DNA of 64,000 nt from Pristiophorus japonicus (GCF_044704955.1 NC_091994.1:89156001-89220000), one strand, 5' to 3'; positions 25,134 through 36,615 are shown, numbered from the stretch's first letter. Translations and numbers: made by a program. Notes: generated from the sequence alone by a model not told the origin.

Positions 25134-28100
25134 GAAGCATAGAAAATAGGTGCAGGAGTAGGCCATTCGGCCCTTCGAGCCTGCACCACCATTCAATATG
25201 ATCATGCAACCTCAGTACCCCATTCATGCTTTCTCTCCATACCCCTTGATCTCTTTAGTCGTAAGGGCCACACCTAACTCCCTTTTGAATATATCTAACG
25301 AACTGGCCTCAACAACTTTTTGTAGAGAATTCCACAGATTCACAATTCTCTGAGTGAAGAAGTTTCTCCTCATCTTGGTCCTAAATGGCTTACCCCTTAT
25401 CCTTAGACTGTGACCCCGGTTCTGGATTTCCCCAACATCGGGAACATTCTTCCTGCATCTAACCTGTCCAATCCCGTCAGAATTTTATATGTTTCCATGA
25501 GATCCCCTCTCATTCTTCTAAATTCCAGTGAATATCAGCCTAGTCGATTCATATGTCAGTCCTGCCATCCCGGGAATCAGATTGGTGAAACTTCGCTGCA
25601 CGCCCTCAATAGCAAGAATGTCCTGCCTCAGATTAGGAGACCAAAACTGTACACAATATTCAAGGTATGGCCTCACCAAGGCCCTGTAAAAACTGCAGTA
25701 AGACCTCCCTGCCCCTGAACTCAAATCTTCTCGCTATGAAGGCCAACATGTCATTTGCCTTCTTCACCGCCTGCTGTACCTGCATGCCAACTTTCAATGA
25801 CTGATGTACCATGACACCCAGGTCTCATTGCACCTCCCCTTTTCCTAAACTGTCACCATTCAGATAATATTCTGCCTTCCTGTTTTTGCCACCAAAGTGA
25901 ATAACCTCACATTTATCTACATTATATCTGCCATGCATTTGCCCACTCAGCTAACCTGTCCAAGTCACCCTGTACCCTCTTAGCATCCTCCTCACAGCTT
26001 GCACTGCCACCCAGCTTAGTGTCATCTGCAAACTTGGAGATATTACATTCAATTCCTTCGTCTAAATCATTAATGTATATTGTAAATAGCTGGGGTCCCA
26101 GCACTGAACCTTGCGGCACCCCACTAGTCACTGCCTGCCATTCTGAAAAGGACCTGTTTATCCCGACTCTCTGCTTCCTGTCTGCCAACCAGTTCTCTAT
26201 CCATGTCAATACATTACCCCTAATACGATATGCTTTAATTTTGCACACTAATCTCTTGTGTGGGACCTTGTTAAAAGCCTTTTGAAAGTCCAAATACACC
26301 ACATCCACTGGTTCTCCCTTGTCCATTCTACTAGTTACATCCTCAAAAAATCCTAGAAGATTTGTCAAGCATGATTTCCCTTTCATAAATCTATGGTGAC
26401 TTGGACCGATCCTATCACTGCTTTCCAAATGCGCTGCTATTACATCTTTAATAATTGATTCCAACATTTTCTCCACTACCGATGTCAGGTTAACCGGTCT
26501 ATAATTCACTGTTTTCTCTCTCCCTCCTTTTTTAATAAGTGGGGTTACATTTGCTACCCTCCAGTCCATAGGAACTGATCCAGAGTCTATAGAATGTTGG
26601 AAAATGACCGCCAATGCATCCACTATTTCTAGGGACACTTCCTTAAGTACTCTGGGATGCAGACTATCAGGCCCTGGGGATTTATCGGCTTCAATCCCAT
26701 CAATTTTCCTAACACAATTTCCTGACTAATAAGGATTTCCTTCAGTTCCTAATTCTCGCTAGACCCTCGGTCCTCTAGTATTTCCGGAATGTTATTTGTG
26801 TCTTCCTTAGTGAAGACAGAACCAAAGTATTTGTTCAATTGGTCTGCCATTTCTTTGTTCCCCATTATAAATTCACCTGATTCTGACTGCAAGGGACCTA
26901 CATTTGTCTTCATAGAAACATAGAAAATAGGTGCAGGAGTAGGCCATTCAGCCCTTCGAGCCTGCACCGCCATTTAATAAGATCATGGCTGATCATTCCC
27001 TCAGTACCCCTTTCCTGCTTTCTCTCCATACCCCTTGATACCCTTAGCCGTAAAGGCCATATCTAACTCCCTCTTGAATATATCCAATGAACTGGCATGA
27101 ACAACTCTCTGTGGCAGGGAATTCCATAGGTTAACAACTCTCTGAGTGAAGAAGTTTCTCCTCATCTCAGTCCTAAATAGCCTAGCCCTTATCCTAAGAC
27201 TATGTCCCCTGGTTCTGGACTTCCCCAATATCGGGAACATTCTTCCCGCATCTAATCTGTCCAGTCCTGTCAGAATCTTATACGTTTCTATGAGATCCCT
27301 CTCATCCTTCTAAACTCCAGTGAGTAAAGGCCCAGTTGTTCCAGTCTCTCCTCATATGACAGCCCAGCCAACCCTGGAATCAGTCTGGTGAACCTTCGCT
27401 GCACTCCCTCAATAGCAAGAACGTCCTTCCTCAGATTAGGAGACCAAAACTGAATACAATATTCCAGGTGAGGCCTCACTAAGGCCCTGTACAACTGCAG
27501 TAAGACCTCCCTGCTTTTATACTCAAATCCCCTAGCAATGAAAGCCAACATACCATTTGCCTTCTTCACCGCCTGCTGTACCTGCATGCCCACTTTCAGT
27601 GACTGATGTACCATGACACCCAGGTCTCGTTGCACCTCCCCTTTTCCTAATCTGCCGCCATCCAGATAATATTCTGCCCTTGTGTTTTTGCCCCCAAAAT
27701 GGATAACCGCACATTTATCCACATTATACTGCATCTGTCAGGCATTTGCCCACTCACCTAACCTGTCCAAGTCACCCTGCAGCCTCTTAGCATCCTCCTC
27801 ACAGCTCACACCGCCACCCAGTTTAGTGTCATCCGCAAACTTGGAGATATTACATTCAATTCCTTCATCTAAATCGTTAATGTATATTGTAAAGAGCTGA
27901 GGTCCCAGCACTGAGCCCTGCGGCACTCCACTTGTCATTGTCTGCCATTCTGAAAAGGACCAGTTTATCCCGACTCTCTGCTTCTTGTCTGCCAACCAGT
28001 TCTCTATCCACTTCAGTACATTACCCCAATACCATGCGCTTTGATTTTGCACACCAATCTCTTGTGCGGGACCTTGTCAAAAGCCTTTTGAAAGTCCAAA

Positions 28101-28548
28101 TACACCACCACCCACTGGTTCTCCCTTGTCCACTCTGCTAGTTACATCCTCAAAAAATTCCAGAAGGTTCGTCAAGCATGATTTCCCTTTCATAAATCCA
28201 TGCTGACTTGGTCCAATCCTGTCACTGCTGTCCAAATGCACTGCTATTTCATCCTTAATGGTTGACGCCAACATTTTCCCCACTACTAATCTTTTTCTCT
28301 TCACACATCTATAGAAGCTTTTGCAGTCAGTTTTTATGTTCCCTGCAAGCTTACTCTCATACTTTATTTTCCCCCTCCTAATTAAAGCCTTTGTCCTCCT
28401 CTGCTAAATTCTAAATTTCTCCCCAGTCCTCAGGTTTGCTGCTTTTTCTGGCCAATTTATATGCCTCTTCCTTGGATTTAACACTAACCCTAATTTCCCT
28501 TGTTAGCCACAGTTGAGCCACCTTCCCCGTTTTATTTTTATGCCAGAC
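25134..28548 (-). mobile_element. CR1 LINE (outer copy) containing a nested CR1
   Basis: RT ORF 25922-26638; sequence resumes at ~28285 after the inner copy. Confidence 0.9.
26911..28287 (-). mobile_element. CR1 LINE (inner nested copy, 5'-truncated)
   Basis: Own CATAGAAACATAGAAA tail and RT motifs. Confidence 0.88.
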
Positions 28549-29766
28549 GGGCAGTAGGTAGGCAAAGACCTGGCTCTAGATCAGCAGCCTACTCTCAGAT
28601 GCCAGTGAACCTAAAGAGGAAGGGAGTAACAGATCGAAGAATTATGTCGTAAGTATTTTCCTTCTTTACTGTGGCCATATAGCTGTGCTCTCTGGAAGAG
28701 GAAAAATATGCCCAGGAAGGACCCAGGAAATGGATATGGTTTGCAGCTGGTTTGGTAAGCTTGTTCCCCAGTTCAAGAGAACAAGTTTATAACACCAATT
28801 TATGGCATATTTATTCTGAGAAATCACAACTTATAAATTTGTAAAAGGAAGATTTTGATTGGGGGGCGGGGGGTGAAATGGAACTAAAAATGGATATACA
28901 GATATCCCCATGACTTCTGTACAATGTGTCAGTTTTGACGGAGTCAGAAGGTATTGGGTTCAAGCCCCACTACAGAGACTTGAGCACATAATCTAGGTTA
29001 ACATTTAAATACAGGTCTGAGAGTACTGCACTGTTGGCGATACTTTCTTTTGGATGTGACATAAGAATTAGAAACAGGAGTAGGCCATCTAGCCCCTCGA
29101 GCCTGCTCCGCCATTCAATAAGATCATGGCTGATCTGGCCGTGGACTCAGCTCCACTTACCCGCCCGCTCCCCATAACCCTTAATTCCCTTATTGGTTAA
29201 AAATGTATCTATCTGTGACTTGAATACATTCAATGAGCTAGCCTCAACTGCTTCCTTGGGCAGAGAATTCCACAGATTCACAACCCTCTGGGAGAAGAAA
29301 TTCCTCTCAACTCGGTTTTTTAAATTGGCTACCCCGTATTTTGAGGCTGTGCCCCCTAGTTCTAGTCTCCCCGACCAGTGGAAACAACCTCTCCGCCTCT
29401 ATCTTGTTGATCCCTTTCATATTTTTTTGAATGTTTCTATAAGATCATCCCTCATCCTTCTGAACTCCAACGAGTAAAGACCCAGTCTACTCAATCTATC
29501 ATCATAAGGTAACCCCCTCATCTCCGGAATCAGCCTAATGAATCGTCTCTGTACCCCTTCCAAAGCCGGTATATCCTTCCTTAAGTAAGGTGACCAAAAC
29601 TGCACGCAGTACTCCAGGTGCGGCCTTACCAACACTCTATACAGTTGCAGCAGGACCTCCCTGCTTTTGTACTCCATCCCTCTCGCAATGAAGGCCAACA
29701 TTCCATTCGACTTCCTGATTACCTGCTGCACCTGCAAACTAACTTTTTGGGATTCATGCACAAGGA

Positions 29767-29924
29767 TTGGAAAAAAGGAAAAATTTGATTTTAGTGCCCA
29801 AAAAAAAACCACAAAAAAACCCCCCAAAAAACAAAAAAGGGCCTTGTAAATGTCTTGTGTGTGTCATCCAGGTCGGGTGGCACGGATACATGTTTTATGT
29901 TTTCGCAGGTAAACTCAAAAGAGT
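29767..29924 (+). mobile_element. Tx1-like non-LTR retrotransposon, 3'UTR-only copy
   Basis: Similar to ~30175-30315; flanked by TTCATGCACAAGGA on both sides. Confidence 0.7.
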
Positions 29925-29939
29925 TTCATGCACAAGGAC

Positions 29940-30315
29940 AACCTGACTGCCTGCCTCTCTTCCGCTCTTACATCCGGTCCAGGGTGTCCTTGGAGATGGA
30001 GCACGCGGTGTCCACCGGTACGCTCGCGGCCTTCCGCGAGAGGTGGGCACCGGAGGGACTGGAGTGCATCATCACGCTCGCCAACCAAATTTTAATTTGA
30101 TTTTACGTTTTAAAGCTTAATTTGTTTTAATTGCCGGTGCTTTTAGTGTCCCCCTCCCCTTTTATAGGGGGCACTGGAGAAAAAATTTGATTTTAGTGCC
30201 CAAAAAAAAACAGAAAAAAGAAAAAAAAAGGGGCCTTGTAAATGTCTGGTGTGTCATCCAGGTCGGGTGGCACCGATTAATGTTTTATGTTTTCCAGATA
30301 AACTCCAAAAAGAGT
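29940..30315 (+). mobile_element. Tx1-like non-LTR retrotransposon 3' end (ORF2 C-terminus plus 3'UTR)
   Basis: DCLPLFRSYIRSRVSLEMEHAVSTGTLAAFRERWAPEGLECII resembles Tx1-clade ORF2 C-termini (recalled similarity); 14-15 bp flanking direct repeat. Confidence 0.7.
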
Positions 30316-31798
30316 TTCATGCACAAGGACCCCCAGGTTCCTCTGCACCTCAGCATGTTGTAATTTCTCCCCATTCAAATAATATTCCCTTTTATTGTTT
30401 CCCTTCCCCCCTCCCCCCCCAAGGTGGATGACCTCACACTTTCCGACATTGTATTCCATCTGCCAAACCTTAGCCCATTCGCTTAACCTTTCTAAATCTC
30501 TTTGCAGCCTCTCTGTGTCCTCCACACAACCCGCTTTCCCACTAATCTTTGTGTCATCTGCAAATTTTGTTACACTACACTCTGTCCCCTCTTCCAGGTC
30601 ATTTATGTATAAAGTAAACAGTTGTGGTCCCAGCACCGATCCCTGTGGCACACCACTAACCACCGATTTCCAACGCAAAAAGGACCCATTTATCCCGACT
30701 CTCTGCTTTCTGTTAGCCAGCTAATTCTCTATCTATGCTAATACATTTCCTCTGACTCCACGTACCTTTATCTTCTGCAGTAACCTTTTGTGTGGTACCT
30801 TATCGAATGCCTTTTGGAAATCTAAATACACCACATCCATCGGTATACCTCTATCCACCATGCTCGTTATATCCTCAAAGAATTCCAGTAAATTAGTTAA
30901 ACATGATTTCCCCTTCATGAATCCATGCTGCGTCTGCTTGATTGCACTATTCCTATCTAGATGTCCCGCTATTTCTTCCTTAATGATAGTTTCAAGCATT
31001 TTCCCCACTACAGATGTTAAACTAACCGGCCTATAGTTACCTGCCTTTTGTCTGCCCCCTTTTTTAAACAGAGGCGTTACATTAGCTGCTTTCCAATCCG
31101 CTGGTACCTCCCCAGAGTCCAGAGAATTTTGGTAGATTATAACCAATGCATCGGCTATAACTTCCGCCATCTCTTTTAATACCCTGGGATGCATTTCATC
31201 AGGACCAAGGGACTTGTCTACCTTGAGTCCCATTAGCCTGTCCAGCACTACCCCCCCTAGTGATAGTGATTGTCTCAAGGTCCTCCCTTCCCACATTCCT
31301 GTGACCAGCAATTTTTGGCATGGTTTTTGTGTCTTCCACTGTGAAGACCGAAGCAAAATAATTGTTTAAAGTCTCAGCCATTTCCACATTTCTCATTATT
31401 AATTATTAAACTGAAGCCCTGCCTGCCCCCTTAAGTGAATGTAAAAGATCTCATGGCACTATATGAAGAAGCGCAGCAGAGTTCGCTGGCATCAGGGCCA
31501 ACATTTATCCCTCAACCAACATGACTAAAATAGATTGTCTGGTCATTTATTTAATTACTGTTTGTGGGACCTTGCTGCCACATTAGCACAGTGAGTACAC
31601 TTCAAAAGTACTTCACTAGCCGTGAATCACTTTGAAGCATCCTGAGGTACTGATAGGCGCTATATAAATGCAAGCTTATTCTTTCTTTACTAATATTAAA
31701 ATGTGCACAAAATAATACTTTTTTTTAATTACTTAATATGTTGTTCACATTCCAAAGCCACTACCATTTCAGAAGTAATATTTATTCCTTATCTTTAC

Positions 31799-31885
31799 CA
31801 ATGTCTGAGCTTGCAGCAACCAATACGTTTCCACCTCCATCGATGAATGTCGCAATCGTGTCAACGTTGATGTTGCCTCCAAAAT
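31799..31885 (-). CDS. DDOST: DDOST exon 3
   Basis: [30 protein letters not shown]; 87 nt, AG/GT. Confidence 0.95.
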
Positions 31886-32037
31886 CTGAAACCCAAAGCA
31901 AGTTTTCATTAATCCCAGCTGTGTATCCTTTCTAGCTCCTCTATCCCCTCAGGCAGAGCAGCTGCTGGTTTGAGGGAGAGCACTACTCCAATCCCTATCA
32001 GCCCAAGTGAGTCAGGGTCTTAATTGCAGCGTGTGGT

Positions 32038-32401
32038 TTTGACAGGGTAGATGCAGAGAGGATGTTTCCTCTTGCTAGGGAGTCTAGAACCAAGACCAGA
32101 GTCTAGACTGTCTGTCTGAAAATAAGGGGTCGGCCATTTAGGACTGAGATGAGGAGAAACTTCTTCACCCAGGAGGTGGTGAAACTTTGGAATTCTCTAC
32201 CCTAGAGGGCTGTGGAGGCTCAGTCTTTGAGTATATTCAAGACAGAGATTGATAGATTTTTGGCTATTAAGGGAATCAAGGGATATGAGGATAGTGCAGG
32301 AAAGTGGAGTTGAGGTAGATCAGCCATGATCTTATTGAATGGCGGAGCAGGCTCGAGGGGCCGAATGGCCTACTCCTGCTCCTAATTCTTATATTCTTAT
32401 G
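32038..32401 (+). mobile_element. CR1 3' fragment
   Basis: CR1 tail ending TTCTTATATTCTTATG. Confidence 0.85.
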
Positions 32402-33403
32402 GAAGTTCTCACACATTGCCTGACGCAGCACTATATGCACTCGCGATAAGTGTCGTGTCCACTCCATAATCCTTCCTTATTAGCCAAACAGCATTACTGA
32501 TAGTGGGAAGCAATCTCTAACAAAAAAAATAATAAATTTGAGTGAACATACTGAACTAACTAAAGTAACTTCCATTTCTGTGACTTGGTTTTAATGGCTC
32601 CTGTCCTTTGCTATTCTCCCTTTATTCAAATTGCTTATCTCATTCACACACTATTTTATATAACCTCTGGCTTTTCAATTGGGAGAGGGGAAGGGGATGG
32701 GGATGGGGAAATGCTCGACCTGCTCTCAAGGCTAACAGGCAGCATGGACTGATATTTGTTATTTTTCCATTCTTCAACCTGGAAGGGGCTTATCCTCTGC
32801 TCGATGCCTCTCCAACTGTACAGTCAAAAATTAGACAAGAAATTCTAAGATATCAGAGCTCCTTCAATGCCAACTAAGCCAATACAAATAGAGATGGTTC
32901 TAGATCGAAGCCCCAGTCAATATTGAATTCGCTGATCTCAACTGGACCAGTATGGGATTTTTAACTGGTCTCAGTACCCCAACTTGTCATACAAGGATCA
33001 GATTGTTCTCGGTTGTGATGACACCATAAATAGCCTGCTGACAATCTGCCTAAGCTCATAAGTGAATAACAGCCACTTTGGCAAGGTATTGGAACGCAAC
33101 CAGTGCTTGTGGAACAAAAAAGCAGTTAATGTCTTTAAAAGAGGGGAGAAAATTGGTTAAGAAATAAGTATATTTCCTGACACTGAAGGATAGCCAACTA
33201 CCATGTTGACTTTAAAGTACATAAAAAGCCCTCCAAGCTCCTTTGCCGATACAGTGCACTACATTGACGGCTCCACTCCAAACAGGTCTCTGCAAACAAT
33301 CTACTAGTTAATCGTCTTTAATCAGGAAAGTTCAAGAAGCCTTTAAAAACAAATTGCAATTTCCAAGTGAAAAAACTATTACAGGAAAATCAGACACCTT
33401 TAC

Positions 33404-33514
33404 CTTCTACCGATGGAGAAAAAATGACGAGGTGATCATACAGAAATTCTCCATGTTTAATCAGAGACAAACCAGGATCATCCGAAATCTTGAATGTCAA
33501 GTTAAATCCAAGAT
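33404..33514 (-). CDS. DDOST: DDOST exon 2
   Basis: [36 protein letters not shown]; 111 nt, AG/GT. Confidence 0.95.
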
Positions 33515-34123
33515 CTATTTGGAGATTTCAAACAAAGGCATCAGATTAGTAAATTTTAATAACTTGAGAATATTCAGAAATACACAAGTACAGTGATATT
33601 TATAGCAAGACTTAGCACAAGCTGGTATGAATCATCCCCACCTTGAAGGTACGGTAACCAACAGATGACTGTTTCTTTTAGGTCACTTGTTGCCTTAATT
33701 CTCACCATTACAACCTCCCTCCATTCCGTTTAACATTTGCTACTGACATTGGGCTGTATCCCCACCAGATCTGTCCAAACTACGCTCTCTGGACTCAAGA
33801 CCTCAGGTGCTGATGGTAACCAACCATCATCCACATTGCCGGCTGATGGGGTGAGTGCTGACTTTCTGCATGCCTTCAAGAGGGAGCTGGACCAGTTCCT
33901 GAGTGGGGCAGTGGTCATATCAGATAGAGGGCAAGTGTCTTTAATGGTAATAATTGGTCCGTGTGATCTCCTGAGCTGGTTTCCATCGCCTGAGGGGGTC
34001 ACGGAGTAATTATGTAGAGTGTTTTCCTCCCCTTATTGGCACTGGGATTTTTCTCTTGGTTTTTTTGGCCTCTCCCAAGAGATTACATGGCTGCGGGGAC
34101 TCGAAAGGGAAGTGTTTAGCCAT

Positions 34124-34208
34124 AAATAAAAACATGAAATACTCAGATCAGGCAGCATTGTGTAGATAAAATCAGAGTTAATGTTTCAGGTCGATGACCC
34201 TTCCTCAG
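34124..34208 (-). mobile_element. Short Penelope-like fragment with a degenerate hammerhead ribozyme core, 13-bp TSD
   Basis: Minus strand CTGAGGA-agggtcatcgacct-GAAAC; AGTGTTTAGCCAT at 34111-34123 and 34207-34219. Confidence 0.6.
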
Positions 34209-34401
34209 TGTTTAGCCATGATGATCCGGCCATCATGGTGTGGGGCAGGCTTGATGGACCAGAAGGTCTTTACCTGACCATTAATTTCGTGTGTTCCTAC
34301 GTGTCTCCCCCGCCCCCGGACATCCTCATCTCCTTTTCCATCTCTTGCACTCCACCCCCCACTTGGCACCTGGAAAAGTTGCCCTCTCCCCCGGCTCCCA
34401 C

Positions 34402-34573
34402 CTGTCAGGCTGCTGAAGAACATGGAGTGCGTCTCCTTCATGTTGATGTTCTCCAGGAGCACCAGCGTGCGCCCGGTCGCCTCCCCCACAGAGAGGAGAG
34501 CGAGGAGCAGGAGAGCCACGGCCGCCGAGGCCCGGTGCACAGCCATTCGCCTCTCTCTCCGTCCCACCGCCAT
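34402..34573 (-). CDS. DDOST: DDOST exon 1 (signal peptide); start is ATG 34573 or 34546
   Basis: MAVGRRERRMAVHRASAAVALLLLALLSVGEATGRTLVLLENINMKETHSMFFSSLT; donor G|GTGGGA. Confidence 0.92.
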
Positions 34574-34589
34574 CTCCCGCACAGACCCA

Positions 34590-34790
34590 GGCCGGAACCG
34601 GAAGCGGTTCCCCGAGCAACCGCGGGCCCGTCGCTCCGCTCGCCCTCGCCCTCCCCGTTGTTATTGCGATTGAATTTAGGATGTGTTTTTAGTTTTCGGG
34701 CCCCACTATTTTTACTTGTGAATTTCCATTCAGTTTATAAAGAAACCGCCGCCACTTCTCAAAGCCAACCAATCAGCAGCAGCCAACTTG
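34590..34790 (-). promoter_or_regulatory. DDOST promoter: tandem ETS-like CCGGAA motifs (~34592-34604) and CCAAT box (34769-34773)
   Basis: Motif matches in CpG-rich sequence upstream of exon 1. Confidence 0.45.
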
Positions 34791-35030
34791 TCACTACGGC
34801 CTGCTGCATCAGTGAAAAGGTTCCCCGGAGACCGTGAGCATGGTCTAGAGTTCCCAGTCCTTCCTGCCAATACCAAACACAAAGCAGAATAGAGGCTGGG
34901 TCGTGGCTTAATTTGTGATATTTTCCAGACTGATGTGAAACTATAATAATCCTGATAACTAAAGTTTCCATATCAAAAGAAAATATCCAAATATAATTTT
35001 ATAAAAATATTTTATAACATCCCATCCAAA

Positions 35031-35161
35031 AGACAGCACCTCTGACATGCATTGCACTGGAGTGTTAGCCTCGATATTTTTGTGTTTAAGTCCCTAGAAT
35101 GGGACTTGCACCCACAACCTTCTGACTCAGAGGCGACAGTGCCACCCACTGAGTCACGGCT
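35031..35161 (-). mobile_element. tRNA-derived SINE head
   Basis: A-box-like GTGACTCAGTGG and B-box-like GGTGCAAGTCC on the minus strand. Confidence 0.7.
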
Positions 35162-35252
35162 GACATTTCATTTTAAAAGACTTCATTCCAAGAGATGGGA
35201 GAAGAATTAAAATAAGTGGATTGGAGGATGATGTTTGTCAACATTTCAATAA

Positions 35253-36615
35253 AAGAAAGAAAGACTTGGATTTATATAGAGCCTTTCACAACCACTGAAC
35301 GTCTCAAAGTGCTTTACAGCCAATTAAGTACTTTTGGAGTGTCATCATCATAGACAGTCCCTCGAAATCGAGGAAGACTTGCTTCCACTCTAAAAGTGAG
35401 TTCTCAGGTGACTGTACAGTCCAATACGGGAATTACAGTCTCTGTCACAGGTGGGACAGACAATGGTTGAAGGAAAGGGTGGGTGGGACTGGTTTGCCGC
35501 ACGCTCCTTCCACTGTCTGTGCTTGATTTCTGCATGCTCTCGGCGACGAGACTCGAGGTGCTCAGCGCCCTCCCGGATGCTCTTTCTCCACAGGGTGGTC
35601 TTGGGCCAGGGATTTCCAGGTGCCAGTGGGGATGTGAGGGTGTCCTTGAAATGTTTCCTCTGCCCACCTGGGGCTCGCTTGCCGTGTAGGAGTTCCGAGT
35701 AGAGCGCTTGCTCTGGGAGTCTCGTGTCGGGCATGTGAACAATGTGGCCCGCCCAACGGAGCTGGTCGAGTGTGGTTAGTGCTTCGATGCTGGGGATGTT
35801 GGCCTGAGCGGGAACACTGACATTGGTGCGTCTATCCTCCCAGTGGATTTGCAGGACCTTATGGAGGCAGCGCTGGTGGTACTTCTCCAGCACTTTGAGG
35901 TGTCTACTGTATATAGTCCATGTCTCTGAGCCATATCGGAGGGCGGGTATCACTACTGCCCTGTAGATCATAAGCTTGGTGCCAGATTTGAGGTCCTGGT
36001 CTTCAAACACTCCCTTCCTTAGATGACCGAAGGCTGCGCTGGCGCACCGGAGGCGGTGTTGGAGCTCGGCGTCGATGTCTGCCCTTGCTGATAGTAGGCT
36101 CGTGAGGTATGGAAAATGGTCCACGTTGTCCAAGGCCGCACCGTGGATTTTGTGGGGATCAGGTGAAGCAGCTGCCCTTGCAGCATGGGTTTTAGGGGTA
36201 AGGGATATACTTTCGGGATAGGAAATGCACAAATTATTAGGGCCTGGGGGAGGGGGGTGGGGAAGATTGGGGGAGAGAAGAGCGTTTTGGGGTGTAGTCA
36301 CTGTTGTAGTCACTGTTGTAATGTAGGAAACGTGGCAGCCAATTTGCGCACTAGCAAGCTTCCACAAACAGCAATCTGATAATGACCAGATATTCTGTTT
36401 TTTTGTTAAGTTGAATGAGGGATAAATATTGGCCAGGACACCGGGGATAACTCCCCTACTCTTCTTCGAAATATTGCCATGGGATCTTTTACGTCCATTT
36501 GAGAGAGCAGACGGGGCCTCGGTTTAACGTCTCATCCGAAAGACGGCACCTCCGACAGTGCGGCACTCCCTCAGCACTGCACTGAAGTGTCTGCCTAGAT
36601 TTTTTTTGTGCTCAG
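35253..36615 (-). mobile_element. SINE (same family) split by an RTE insertion at 35343-36284
   Basis: Tail AAAGAAAGACTTG.ATTTATATAG; body resumes at 36285. Confidence 0.7.
35343..36153 (-). mobile_element. RTE LINE 3' fragment
   Basis: ORF 35390-36367: DHFPYL..ASAAFGHLRK..CPTCDRDCNSRIGLYSHLRTH. Confidence 0.9.

Larger units (their letters stand above)
29060..31402 (-). mobile_element. CR1 LINE, interrupted at 29767-30315
   Basis: RT ORFs 30733-31356, 30277-30678, 29417-29827. Confidence 0.92.
28935..31688 (+). mobile_element. tRNA-derived SINE (DeuSINE/SacSINE1-like) split by CR1: 28935-29060 and ~31405-31688
   Basis: B-box GGTTCAAGCCC; tail GGCGCTATATAAATGCAAG..CTTTCTTT; matches 35031-35161 and 36285-36615. 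Confidence 0.7.

Noticed and set aside
25922-26638. RT ORFs of CR1, RTE and Gypsy as functional host genes
   Set aside because: All are fragments with stops or frameshifts inside repeats
28935-29000. tRNA-like A/B boxes here and at 35100-35161 as tRNA genes
   Set aside because: They continue into SINE bodies; no complete cloverleaf
29753-30330. Three identical 14-mers with spacers as a CRISPR-like array
   Set aside because: Eukaryotic context; the spacers are homologous retroelement 3' ends and the repeats are best explained as TSDs
34181-34837. 218-aa plus-strand ORF
   Set aside because: Antisense to DDOST exon 1 in a GC-rich promoter; no recognisable protein
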